Of a DNA stretch of 64,000 nucleotides, positions 36,032-45,428 are shown piece by piece (position 1 is the stretch's first letter; each line of letters opens with the position of its first letter). Made by a program: the position numbers and the translations under genes. The stretch is from Deltaproteobacteria bacterium (GTDB lineage Bacteria; Desulfobacterota; Desulfobaccia; Desulfobaccales; 0-14-0-80-60-11), in assembly GCA_016208235.1 (NCBI GenBank), contig JACQYN010000118.1:11891-75890 (forward strand), written 5' to 3'. The notes below the pieces were generated by a model. It was not told the DNA's origin and did no database searches. It saw only the letters and a program-made list of their open reading frames with translations.

Positions 36032-37561
36032 ATGCATCGCCCAGCCCAAACATTGAAAAACCTCCTGGCCGGCCTGGAAGGCTGTCACGTCTCCGGCGAT
36101 GACCGCTTGACCGTCCCCGGGGTGGCCTATCATTCCCAGGATGTGGTCCCCGGGGGCGTTTTCGTGGCCCTGAAAGGCGTCCGCACCGACGGCCACCGCT
36201 TTTTAGACGCAGCCTTGAACCGGGGCGCCCGGGTCATCGTCACTGAACAGGATTTAACCCCGCCCCCGGGGGTCACGGTAGTGCGGGTGCCCGACGCCCG
36301 CCTGGCCCTGGCCCACCTGTCCGCCGCATTTTACCGCCATCCCAGCCGGGAACTCAAGTTGGTGGGCATCACCGGCACCAACGGCAAGACCACCACCACT
36401 TATCTGCTGGAGGCCATTCTGGACGCAGCCGGACACCGGGTGGGGGTGGTCGGGACCGTCAACTACCGGGTGGGCTCCCGCACCTGGCCCGCGCCGGTGA
36501 CCACTCCCGAATCCTTGGACCTGCAGCGGCTGCTCCGGGAAATGCGCGGCCACGACGTGAGCCACGTCTTCCTGGAGGTCTCCTCCCACGCCCTGGACTT
36601 GCGGCGGGTGGACTGCGCCACCTTTGCCGCGGGGGTCTTCACCAACCTCTCCCAGGACCACCTGGACTATCACCGGGAGATGGACGATTATTTTGCCGCC
36701 AAGTCCCGCCTCTTTTTAGAAATTATGGCCAATGGCTTTAGCGCTGGCGGCACCGCGGTCCTCAACCTGGACGACCCCCGGGGAGAGGAACTGCACCGCC
36801 GCGTGTCCGTCCCCGCTCTCACTTACGGCCTCCATCCTCGGAGCCAGGTGCGGCCCCTGATGCAGCGCTATCGGCGACACGGCCTGGAGGCCCGGCTCAC
36901 CACGCCCGCCGGAGAAGTAGAGATCAACTCCCGGCTGGTCGGCCACTTTAACCTGGCCAACATCCTGGCGGCCGCGGCCACCGCCCTGGCCCTGGGTTTG
37001 AGCCCGGATGAGGTGGCCCAAGGCATCGCCTCTCTAAACGGCGTGCCAGGGCGCTTGGAGCGTTTCGGGCCCCTGGAAGGTCCCGCGGTCTTGGTGGATT
37101 ACGCGCACACCCCCGCGGCCCTGGCTTCGGCCCTGAAGGCCTTGCGGGCCTTGAACTTTTCCCGGATGATCACCGTCTTCGGCTGCGGTGGGGACCGGGA
37201 CCGCAGCAAGCGCCCTTTGATGGGCCAGGCCGCGGCTGCGGCCTCCCATCTTCTGGTAGTCACCAGCGACAATCCCCGGAGCGAAGACCCTTTGAGCATT
37301 ATCCAGGAGATTGAAGAAGGCCTGAAGGTTATGAATGTCCCCCGGCTCACGGCCGCTGCGGCCAAGAAGGGGAAGACCGGTTACCTGGTGATCCCGGAAC
37401 GCCGGGAAGCCATCCGCCTGGCTGTGGAACTGGCCCGTCCTGGCGACGCGGTCCTGGTGGCCGGCAAGGGCCATGAAAACTACCAGATTCGCGGGAATGA
37501 GCGCCTCCATTTCGACGACCGGGAGGAAGTCCGGGAGGCTCTGAAGGAGTATCACGGCTGA
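36032..37561 (+). CDS. murE: UDP-MurNAc-L-Ala-D-Glu:meso-DAP ligase
   Basis: Start trimmed to ATG 36032. GITGTNGKTTT P-loop and DNPR motif (TSDNPRSEDP) indicating meso-DAP specificity. Confidence 0.9.
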   Translation: MHRPAQTLKNLLAGLEGCHVSGDDRLTVPGVAYHSQDVVPGGVFVALKGVRTDGHRFLDAALNRGARVIVTEQDLTPPPGVTVVRVPDARLALAHLSAAFYRHPSRELKLVGITGTNGKTTTTYLLEAILDAAGHRVGVVGTVNYRVGSRTWPAPVTTPESLDLQRLLREMRGHDVSHVFLEVSSHALDLRRVDCATFAAGVFTNLSQDHLDYHREMDDYFAAKSRLFLEIMANGFSAGGTAVLNLDDPRGEELHRRVSVPALTYGLHPRSQVRPLMQRYRRHGLEARLTTPAGEVEINSRLVGHFNLANILAAAATALALGLSPDEVAQGIASLNGVPGRLERFGPLEGPAVLVDYAHTPAALASALKALRALNFSRMITVFGCGGDRDRSKRPLMGQAAAAASHLLVVTSDNPRSEDPLSIIQEIEEGLKVMNVPRLTAAAAKKGKTGYLVIPERREAIRLAVELARPGDAVLVAGKGHENYQIRGNERLHFDDREEVREALKEYHG

Positions 37562-38961
37562 TGCAGGCTTTATTCACCATCCCGGAGATTTTGGCCGCCA
37601 CCCGCGGGACTCTGGCGCAAAAGGGCGCATCCGCCACTTTTTGCGGCGTCAGCACCGACTCCCGCACCTGCCAGGCGGGGCAGCTTTTCATCCCCCTCAC
37701 CGGCGAACGCCATGACGGCCATGAGTATATCCCCGGGGCCCTGCGCCGGGGGGTACGCGGGGTTTTGGTGGGAAGATATTGTCATCCTGGGGAAAGCGGC
37801 GCCCATTTCCAACTGCCCCCGGAAGTGACGGTCATTTCCGTTCCCGACACCCTCACCGCCCTGGGGGACCTGGCCCGGGCCTGGCGCGACCGCTTCTCCA
37901 TTCCGGTGGTGGGCATCACCGGCAGTTGCGGCAAGACCACCACCAAAGAAATGACCGCGGCCGTGCTCTCCTCGAAGTTCCGGGTTCTGAAAAATACCCT
38001 GAACCTGAACAACCTAATCGGCCTGCCCTCCACCCTCCTGGGACTGGACGCGGGCCATGGGGCCGCGGTGGTGGAAATGGGCATGAACCGTTTCGGGGAA
38101 ATCCGGCGGTTGACCCAGATCTGCCGCCCCACGGTGGGCGCTCTCATCAATGTGCATCCGGCCCATACCGAAGGGGTGGGGGACGTGGCGGGCGTGGCCC
38201 GGGCCAAAGGGGAGTTGCTGGAGACCCTGGAACGCGGCGCCACCCTGATCTATAACGCGGACGACCGCTGGTCGGCCGGGTTGGCCCGGGATTATCCGGG
38301 CCGGGCCCTGGGGTTCGGCCTCAAGCCCGGCGCGGACTTGCGGGCCTGGGGCCGCCAGGTCCGGGGCTGGGACGGCCAGGTGGCCCGGGTCTCTTTTGCC
38401 GGGCGCAGTTGGACCCTGAACCTGGCGGTACCGGGTCTGCACCAGTTGTACAACGCCCTGACGGCCACCGCGGTGGGGCTGGCCTTAGGGTTGGACCCGG
38501 AGGAAGCCGCCCGGTCCCTGGCGAACTTCCGGGCCATCCACCGGCGCTCCCAGATTCTCACCCTGCCTTCCGGGGTGCACCTCTTAAACGATTGCTACAA
38601 CGCCAACCCCGGCTCCATGGCCATGGCCCTGAACACCTTGAAGGAACTGCGGGATCGGGGCCGGGGGGCCGCGGCCCTGGGGGATATGCTGGAGTTGGGA
38701 AACGACGCCTCTCAGGCCCACCGGGACCTGGGACGCGTGGCTGCGGCCACCGGCCTGGACTTCCTGGTCGTTTACGGCAACTTCAACAAAGAAGTGGCCG
38801 CGGGGGCCAAAGAAGGGGGTCTGGCTCCGGAGCGGGTTATGCTCGTGAACAGCCGGCTCGAGGGAGCCAAAGTCTTAAAAGAGTTCCTGCAACCCGGGGA
38901 CTGGCTCCTGGTGAAGGGCTCCCGTTCCATGCACATGGAAGGGCTGACTGAGCTTTTATAA
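37561..38961 (+). CDS. murF: UDP-MurNAc-tripeptide:D-Ala-D-Ala ligase
   Basis: GITGSCGKTTTKEM P-loop and Mur ligase domains. The ATG overlaps the murE stop by 1 nt. Confidence 0.9.
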   Translation: MQALFTIPEILAATRGTLAQKGASATFCGVSTDSRTCQAGQLFIPLTGERHDGHEYIPGALRRGVRGVLVGRYCHPGESGAHFQLPPEVTVISVPDTLTALGDLARAWRDRFSIPVVGITGSCGKTTTKEMTAAVLSSKFRVLKNTLNLNNLIGLPSTLLGLDAGHGAAVVEMGMNRFGEIRRLTQICRPTVGALINVHPAHTEGVGDVAGVARAKGELLETLERGATLIYNADDRWSAGLARDYPGRALGFGLKPGADLRAWGRQVRGWDGQVARVSFAGRSWTLNLAVPGLHQLYNALTATAVGLALGLDPEEAARSLANFRAIHRRSQILTLPSGVHLLNDCYNANPGSMAMALNTLKELRDRGRGAAALGDMLELGNDASQAHRDLGRVAAATGLDFLVVYGNFNKEVAAGAKEGGLAPERVMLVNSRLEGAKVLKEFLQPGDWLLVKGSRSMHMEGLTELL

Positions 38962-39018
38962 TTCAAGGATTATCCAGGCCCAGGACGGGCGGAACCTGCC
39001 TGGGGGGGAAAAACCTAA

Positions 39019-40098
39019 GTGCTTTACCATCTCTTTTATCCTTTAAAGACGGTTTTCGGCGGCTTCAACGTCTTCCGTTATATTACCTTCCGCAGCATCT
39101 TCGCGGTGCTCACCGCGCTGCTGATTACCTTGTTCATCGGCGCCTGGTTTATCCGCAAGCTCAAGGCCATGCAGGTGGGCCAGTATATCCGGGAAGACGG
39201 CCCCCAGTCCCATTTCTCCAAGGCCGGCACCCCCACCATGGGGGGCCTGATGATCATCTTCACCGCGCTGTTGGCCACCTTGCTGTGGGCCGAACTTTCC
39301 AATTCTTACATCTGGCTCTTAATCCTGGTGACTCTGGGCTTCGGCTTCATCGGCTTTGTGGACGACTATCTCAAGGTGATCAAAAAACATAACCGGGGCC
39401 TCAGCGGCCGGGCCAAGCTCCTGACCCAAACCGTAATCGCCCTGGTGGCGGCCTTCTGGCTCTATCACAGCCCCGGGTTCAATACCACCCTGACGCTGCC
39501 CTTTTTCAAGCAGTTGCAGCCGGATTTGGGTTGGGGTTTCATTCCCCTGGCGGTGTTCATCATCGTGGGCGCGGCCAACGCGGTGAACCTGACGGACGGT
39601 CTGGACGGCTTGGCCATCGGCCCGGTGACCATTGCTGCGGGCATTTTTATGATCTTGTGCTATTTGGCCGGCAACAAAGTTATCGCTGCCTATCTGCAGA
39701 TTCCCTATATCCGGGGGGTGGGGGAGCTGTCCATTTTTCTGGGCGCGGTGGTGGGCGCGGGCGTGGGTTTCCTGTGGTTCAACGCCTACCCGGCCCAGGT
39801 GTTCATGGGGGACGTGGGGGCTTTAGCCCTGGGGGGCGTCCTGGGCACCGTGGCCCTGGCCACCAAGCAGGAATTCCTCCTGGCCATTGTCGGGGGCATC
39901 TTCGTGGTGGAGGCTTTGTCGGTCATTATCCAGGTCTGCTTTTTCAAGGTGTCCAACGGCAAGCGCGTCTTTCGCATGGCGCCTTTGCACCACCACTTCG
40001 AACTGAAGGGCTGGCCGGAGCCCAAGGTGATCGTCCGCTTCTGGATTCTGTCCCTGATCCTGGGGCTCATCTCCTTGAGCTTCCTGAAACTGAGGTAG
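39019..40098 (+). CDS. mraY: phospho-N-acetylmuramoyl-pentapeptide transferase
   Basis: GTG start. [21 protein letters not shown] and HHHFE motifs. 10-TM pattern. Confidence 0.95.
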   Translation: MLYHLFYPLKTVFGGFNVFRYITFRSIFAVLTALLITLFIGAWFIRKLKAMQVGQYIREDGPQSHFSKAGTPTMGGLMIIFTALLATLLWAELSNSYIWLLILVTLGFGFIGFVDDYLKVIKKHNRGLSGRAKLLTQTVIALVAAFWLYHSPGFNTTLTLPFFKQLQPDLGWGFIPLAVFIIVGAANAVNLTDGLDGLAIGPVTIAAGIFMILCYLAGNKVIAAYLQIPYIRGVGELSIFLGAVVGAGVGFLWFNAYPAQVFMGDVGALALGGVLGTVALATKQEFLLAIVGGIFVVEALSVIIQVCFFKVSNGKRVFRMAPLHHHFELKGWPEPKVIVRFWILSLILGLISLSFLKLR

Positions 40099-40335
40099 CA
40101 CCGCCCCCGGCCTGTGGGTGGCCGCCGGGCGTTGGGTAACGAGGGGGACCTTAACTTGCTTGCTGGTAGGTTACTGACGCCCAACCTAATCTTCACCCTT
40201 CCCGGGGAAGGGCAGGACCCGCCCTTCCCCAGGAAGATAGGCATCATAGGGCGGCCCGTGGCCGCCACCAGGAGGCGTGCCCGGTACCCCCTGGTGTACT
40301 ATCCTCAGGATTATCTTACCTAAGTTTTAAGGTCT

Positions 40336-40444
40336 TTACTCCCTCCCCCTTGATGGGGGAGGGCTGGGGTGGGGGTGAAATTTCTGGCAACTGCGCCCGC
40401 TTATCCCCCTCCCCCCAACCCCCTCCCACCAGGGGAGGGGGAGT
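40336..40444. repeat. diverged copy of the GC-rich palindrome family, inside the mraY-murD spacer
   Basis: ttactccctcccccttgatgggggagggctggggtgggggtgaaa ... tccccctccccccaaccccctcccaccaggggagggggagt. The same variant arm occurs at 57011-57055. Confidence 0.85.
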
Positions 40445-40513
40445 TTGGGAAACAGGAATTTATAAGGTGCATCCAGGATACGATGCTAAAGATAGGAATG
40501 AAGCTGAGGTAAA

Positions 40514-41872
40514 ATGGATCTGGCCGGAAAAAAAATTCTGGTGGTGGGGCTGGCCCGAACCGGGGTGGCCCTGGCCCGTTTCCTGGCCGGAGCCGGTGCC
40601 CGGGTGACGGTCACCGACCTGGCCCCGGCCGCGGCCCTGGAGGAGCAGCGCCGGGAGATCCAGGGTCTGGGGATCAAGGAAGAACTGGGGATGCCGCAAC
40701 CCTCCTGGCAGGGCTACGATCTCCTGCTGCTGAGCCCCGGGGTGCCCCCGGAGCTCCCCTGGATCGGCGCGGCCCAGGAAGAGGGCATCCCGGTATGGGG
40801 GGAACTGGAACTGGCCTCCCACTTTTTCACCCGTCCCTTGATCGCCGTGAGCGGCACCAACGGCAAGACCACCACCACCACTTTGGTGGGGGAGCTGCTC
40901 CGGGCCTCGGGCCTCAAGCCCCTGGTGGGGGGCAATATCGGCACTCCGGTGGTGTCTCTGCTCTCCCGCCAGGAGGATGCGGATTTCCTGGTCCTGGAGG
41001 TTAGCAGCTTCCAGTTGGACACCGCGCCCCACTTCCATCCCCAGGCCGCGGCCTTGCTGAACATCTCCCCGGATCACCTGGACCGGTACCCCGATTTCCC
41101 GGCCTACATCTCGTCTAAGGCCGGACTCTTCAGATGCCAGAATCCCGGGGATTTAAAGGTCCTCAACTATGACGACCCTGCGGTGCGGCCTTTGAGAGAG
41201 GGAGGGAGACGGATATTTTACTTCTCTTCCTGCCATACTCTAGAGGAAGGGGCCTGGCTGGAAGACGGGGCCCTCCGGGTGGTGCTCCCCGGAAAGCTTG
41301 ACGAACGCTTCTCCTTACAAAAAATCCGCCTTCCGGGCCGCCATAACCTGGAAAACGCCATGGCTGCGCTCCTTCTGGCCCTGGATGCCGGGGCTACGGT
41401 CTCTGCCTGCCGGGAAGTGCTGGCCCGATTCCAGGGTCTGCCGCACCGGTTGGAGTGGGTGGCGAAGATTGGCGGCGTGGATTTTTATGACGACTCCAAG
41501 GGCACCAACGTGGGCGCGGTGGCCCGCTCCCTCACTTTTTTTGAGCAGCCGGTGATCCTCATTGCCGGCGGCCGGGATAAAGACAGCGATTTCAGCCTGC
41601 TCTCGACCCTGATCAGGGAGCGGGTCAAGGCCCTGGTCCTGATGGGGGAGACCCGGGAGTTGCTGGCCCGAACCTGGAACGGCCTGGTGCCCGCTTATCT
41701 GGCAGATGATATGCGGGCCGCGGTGGCCCGGGCTTATGAACTGGCCGCCCCCGGGGAGGTGGTGCTGCTTTCCCCGGCCTGCGCCAGTTTTGATATGTTT
41801 CGGGACTACGCCCATCGGGGTGAAACTTTCCAGAAACTGGTGGAGGAACTGCAGGATGTCGCCAAATCCTGA
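40514..41872 (+). CDS. murD: UDP-MurNAc-L-Ala:D-Glu ligase
   Basis: VSGTNGKTTTT P-loop, N-terminal Rossmann motif VVGLARTG, and position in the cluster. Confidence 0.95.
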   Translation: MDLAGKKILVVGLARTGVALARFLAGAGARVTVTDLAPAAALEEQRREIQGLGIKEELGMPQPSWQGYDLLLLSPGVPPELPWIGAAQEEGIPVWGELELASHFFTRPLIAVSGTNGKTTTTTLVGELLRASGLKPLVGGNIGTPVVSLLSRQEDADFLVLEVSSFQLDTAPHFHPQAAALLNISPDHLDRYPDFPAYISSKAGLFRCQNPGDLKVLNYDDPAVRPLREGGRRIFYFSSCHTLEEGAWLEDGALRVVLPGKLDERFSLQKIRLPGRHNLENAMAALLLALDAGATVSACREVLARFQGLPHRLEWVAKIGGVDFYDDSKGTNVGAVARSLTFFEQPVILIAGGRDKDSDFSLLSTLIRERVKALVLMGETRELLARTWNGLVPAYLADDMRAAVARAYELAAPGEVVLLSPACASFDMFRDYAHRGETFQKLVEELQDVAKS

Positions 41873-43028
41873 GTCCGGGTCCCGGTCTTACGACCACCTC
41901 ATCCTGATCAGCGCCCTCACCCTCCTGGGCCTGGGCCTGACCATGGTCTTCAATGCCAGCACGGTGATGGCCCAGGCCCAATATCAAGACCCTTATTATT
42001 TCATCAAGCGCCAGGCCCTGTATGCCTTGCTGGGTATCGGAGTCCTTTTTCTGGGCCGCACCGTTGATTACCATCGCTACCAGCGCTTGGCTTATCCTTT
42101 TCTATTCCTTTCCTTAATCTGCCTGGTCCTGGTCTTTATCCCCGGTATCGGCGGCAAAGTGCGGGGCGCGGCCCGCTGGCTCAAGCTGGGCCCCTTTACC
42201 TTGCAGCCTTCGGAGTTCGCCAAACTGGCGGTGGCCCTCTTCCTGGCCTATTCTTTGACGAAAAAGCAGGAAAAGATGAAGTTCTTTTCCATCGGCTTCC
42301 TCCCCCATATGATGGTGGCCGGTGTCTTCATCATCCTGGTGGGCCTGGAGCCGGACTTCGGCACGGCCATCACCATCGCGGCCATCGTCTTTACCATGCT
42401 CTTCATAGGCGGCACCCGACTCACCCATATCATGCTGGCCCTGGGGAGCGGCGTGGGCCTGGCCGTTATCATGGTGCTTAGGGACCCCAAGAAGATGGGG
42501 CGCGTCTTTTCTTATCTCGATCCCTGGAAGTACGGCCAGGACGTGGGCTACCAACTCAAGCAGTCGCTGCTGGCCATCGGCTCCGGGGGCCTGTGGGGAA
42601 TGGGGCCTGGTCAGAGCCGGGCCAAACTCTTCTACCTGCCGGATGCGCACACCGATTTCATCATCTCCATCTTTAGCGAGGAGACGGGCTTTCTGGGGGT
42701 GATGCTGGTCCTTATCCTCTTTGGCGTTCTGGTGTACCGCGGCTTTCTCCTCAGCTTCCGGGCCCCGGACAGCTTCGGTTCTTACCTGGCCCTGGGCCTC
42801 ACCCTCTTGATCGGTTTGCCCGCGGTCATCAACCTGGGAGTGGTGAGCGGCATCTTCCCCACCAAGGGCTTGTCTCTGCCCTTTCTCAGCTACGGCGGGT
42901 CCTCCCTGCTGGCCAACCTGCTGGCCGTGGGCATCCTGCTGAACATCAGCAGCCGCATCAAACGCCCGGGCCTGACGATGCGGAGGGGGGAGGAGAAGCA
43001 AGGGAATGTGGGGGGAGGGTCAGGGTAA
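41856..43028 (+). CDS. ftsW: SEDS peptidoglycan polymerase FtsW
   Basis: Start trimmed to ATG 41856 (MSPNPES), overlapping the murD end by 17 nt. SEDS motifs QPSEFAK, LEPDFGT, LPDAHTDF and LSYGGSS. Confidence 0.9.
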   Translation: MSPNPESGSRSYDHLILISALTLLGLGLTMVFNASTVMAQAQYQDPYYFIKRQALYALLGIGVLFLGRTVDYHRYQRLAYPFLFLSLICLVLVFIPGIGGKVRGAARWLKLGPFTLQPSEFAKLAVALFLAYSLTKKQEKMKFFSIGFLPHMMVAGVFIILVGLEPDFGTAITIAAIVFTMLFIGGTRLTHIMLALGSGVGLAVIMVLRDPKKMGRVFSYLDPWKYGQDVGYQLKQSLLAIGSGGLWGMGPGQSRAKLFYLPDAHTDFIISIFSEETGFLGVMLVLILFGVLVYRGFLLSFRAPDSFGSYLALGLTLLIGLPAVINLGVVSGIFPTKGLSLPFLSYGGSSLLANLLAVGILLNISSRIKRPGLTMRRGEEKQGNVGGGSG

Positions 43029-43029
43029 A

Positions 43030-43153
43030 CCAGTGGTCAGTGGCCAGTGATCAGTTTTTAGTTTTCGGTTTTGGGTTTTGGGTTTTGGGTTTTATCTTAC
43101 AAGGATTAAATGCCTATACTTACCTAATCACTGGCCACTGACCACTGACCACT
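43030..43153. repeat. (CAGTGGY)n inverted arms enclosing a (GTTTTSG)n array, ftsW-murG spacer
   Basis: ccagtggtcagtggccagtgatcagt (43030-55), tttttagttttcggttttgggttttgggttttgggtttt (43056-94), tcactggccactgaccactgaccact (43129-53). Confidence 0.9.
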
Positions 43154-43200
43154 TTTAAGGCCTTAGCACCTCACCCACTGCTCCTTCTGCGAGGGTTTGA

Positions 43201-44277
43201 ATGGACCTAAAGATCGTCATCGCCGGCGGCGGCACCGGGGGGCATCTCTTTCCGGGGATTGCTGTGGCCCAGGAGTTCCAGTCCTCCCGGGGTGCGGCGG
43301 TGACTTTCCTCACGTCCCCCAAATCAGTGACCGCCCAGATCCTGGAACGCTACGGCTTTCCCTGGGAGGCCATCGCCAGCCGGGCTTTGAAGGGACAGGG
43401 GTGGTGGAGCCGGGTCCGCACCCTGTGCGGCCTGCCGGGGAGCGTGCTGGAGGCCAGAGCCCGGCTCAAGGCCTTGGCTCCCCAACTGGTTCTGGGCATG
43501 GGGGGTTATGCCTCCGGCCCGGTGGGGGCGGCCGCGTATCTGTTGGGCATTCCTTTGGCGATCCATGAACAGAACGCCATTCCCGGGGTGGCCAACCGCT
43601 GGCTGGCCAAATTGGCGAGCCGGGTATTTTTGTCTTTCCCGGATACTTCCGGCTATTTTCCTCGGGACCGGGCGGTGTGGACCGGGAACCCCATCCGCCC
43701 CGAATTTTTCGAGCTGCGCCCGGAACGGCCCGCCGCGCCCTTTACGGTGCTCCTCATGGGGGGAAGCCAGGGAGCGCACAGTCTCAATATGGCGGCTTTG
43801 GCGGCGTTGCCCTTGCTTGCGGATTTAAAAGAAAAGATTTCTTTCCTCCACATCACTGGCGAACAGGACCGGGAAGAGGTGGCCGGGGGTTACGAAAAAG
43901 CCGGTTTTGCCGCGCAAGTTGCGGCTTTCACCCCGGAGGTGGCCGCGTGGATGGGCCGGGCCCACCTGGTGGTCTGCCGGGCCGGGGCCTCCACCCTGGC
44001 GGAGCTCACTGCGATGGGCCGGGCTGCGATGCTGGTCCCCTTCCCTTTTGCGGCCAACAATCATCAGGAGTTTAACGCCCGTTTCCTGGCGGATGCGGGC
44101 GCTGCGGAATTAATTTTGAATAAAGATTTTACCGGGGAGATTTTGGCTGATAAGATAAGACATCTCATATCGCGCCCCGATTCATTGATGAGCATGGAGA
44201 CCGCCAGCCGCTCCCTGGCCAAGCCGGACGCAGCCAAAGAGATTGTCCAGGGGTGTATGGAATTGATTGAAATGTAG
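43201..44277 (+). CDS. murG: UDP-GlcNAc:lipid I GlcNAc transferase
   Basis: IAGGGTGGHLFPGIAVA, GGSQGA and RAGASTLAEL motifs. Confidence 0.95.
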   Translation: MDLKIVIAGGGTGGHLFPGIAVAQEFQSSRGAAVTFLTSPKSVTAQILERYGFPWEAIASRALKGQGWWSRVRTLCGLPGSVLEARARLKALAPQLVLGMGGYASGPVGAAAYLLGIPLAIHEQNAIPGVANRWLAKLASRVFLSFPDTSGYFPRDRAVWTGNPIRPEFFELRPERPAAPFTVLLMGGSQGAHSLNMAALAALPLLADLKEKISFLHITGEQDREEVAGGYEKAGFAAQVAAFTPEVAAWMGRAHLVVCRAGASTLAELTAMGRAAMLVPFPFAANNHQEFNARFLADAGAAELILNKDFTGEILADKIRHLISRPDSLMSMETASRSLAKPDAAKEIVQGCMELIEM

Positions 44278-44353
44278 GGAGGGCACGGCCCGCAGATAAT
44301 GCGTGGCTGCATCACCTTTTGAAAGGCTGGGAACTGTTTGGAACGTACAAACC

Positions 44354-44900
44354 TACGCCACCCCCACCCTAACCCTCCCCCCTCAAGGGGGAGGGGATAG
44401 ATCGCTGGATTTTTGGGGGGTTAGTAGATATGCATGACCTTGTCAGTCTTTCCAGAAATCTGAGAAAAAATCAGACTGATGCGGAAAATCTATTATGGCG
44501 GCATCTGCGGGGAAAACAATTAGAAGGATTGAGATTTAGGAGGCAACACCCCATCGGACGATACATTGTGGATTTCGTATGTCTCGAAAAACGATTGGTT
44601 CTGGAAATTGACGGCGGCCAGCATGGGATGGAAAAAGAAAAGATTAAAGATGATGAACGGGATCATTGGTTAAGGACGGAAGGTTACCAGGTATTAAGAT
44701 TTTGGAATAACGACGTCTTAACAAACCTGGAAGGCGTCATGGAAACGATACGATTAACTGCCCTCCCTAATTCTAACTGATAGATAAAGGGGCCATAAAA
44801 AAGAAAACTGCCAATAAAAGAAATGCCCCATAATACCACAGATGTCTTTGCTTTTATCCCCTCCCCCTTGAGGGGGGAGGGTTAGGGTGGGGGTGGCGTA
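44354..44900. mobile_element. 547-bp cassette: DUF559 gene bounded by ~46-bp perfect inverted repeats of the GC-rich palindrome family
   Basis: Left TACGCCACCCCCACCCTAACCCTCCCCCCTCAAGGGGGAGGGGATA (44354-44399) equals the reverse complement of 44855-44900 by hand comparison. The interior is low GC. Confidence 0.7.
44430..44780 (+). CDS. DUF559 (Vsr-like endonuclease fold) protein
   Basis: 116 aa, low GC. LRKNQTDAENLLWRHLR..FRRQHPIGRYIVDF..LVLEIDGGQH..D..RD.WL...GY.VLRFWNNDV matches the DUF559 pattern. Confidence 0.85.
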   Translation: MHDLVSLSRNLRKNQTDAENLLWRHLRGKQLEGLRFRRQHPIGRYIVDFVCLEKRLVLEIDGGQHGMEKEKIKDDERDHWLRTEGYQVLRFWNNDVLTNLEGVMETIRLTALPNSN

Positions 44901-45374
44901 TTGAAGGTTGAGAAAAGTTCTCGGCATTCCAAAATCACAGGTAACTTCGCAGAAGGTCTTATTCTATATTGGCTTTCAAAGTATGGTTTCGAGCGTGCTT
45001 TGGTAGACCATGTCGGTGTAGACATCATAGCACGGAACCCGCTGACCCAAGAACTTATGGGTATATCGGTGAAGTCAAGATCAAGGAGTACCGGCAAAGA
45101 AGGACAATATGTGCATATACCAAACGATCATTTCGAAAAAATCGAAGCGGCATGTCGTGCCTTCGCCTGTGTTCCCTACATCGCAGTGGTGGTCGATGAA
45201 AGCAGTGATATCCATGCCTTTTTAACGCCTATGGCCCATTTTTTAACTTTGTTCCCTCGTCGGGAAACGTCCGCGGGTTGGAAAATGAACCGGACGTGGC
45301 TTGATCATTATGAAAAAGATCCGGAGATAAAGTACTTTCATTTCAGCCATAGGACTATTAATTGGTGGAAGTAG
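44901..45374 (+). CDS. hypothetical protein, possible PD-(D/E)xK nuclease fold (DUF4365-like)
   Basis: 157 aa, low GC, TTG start abutting the right inverted repeat. GNFAEGLILYWLSKYGF..VDHVGVDIIAR..GISVKSRS resembles the D...(D/E)xK core of restriction-endonuclease-like folds. Weak call. Confidence 0.45.
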   Translation: MKVEKSSRHSKITGNFAEGLILYWLSKYGFERALVDHVGVDIIARNPLTQELMGISVKSRSRSTGKEGQYVHIPNDHFEKIEAACRAFACVPYIAVVVDESSDIHAFLTPMAHFLTLFPRRETSAGWKMNRTWLDHYEKDPEIKYFHFSHRTINWWK

Positions 45375-45428
45375 CTTAACAAGAAGATCCAGTATGTTAG
45401 ATTCACACTGCGCACCTGAACTTGAGTT

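Noticed and set aside
42114-43001. 295-aa minus-strand ORF
   Set aside because: It is antisense to ftsW, with a highly charged low-complexity translation.
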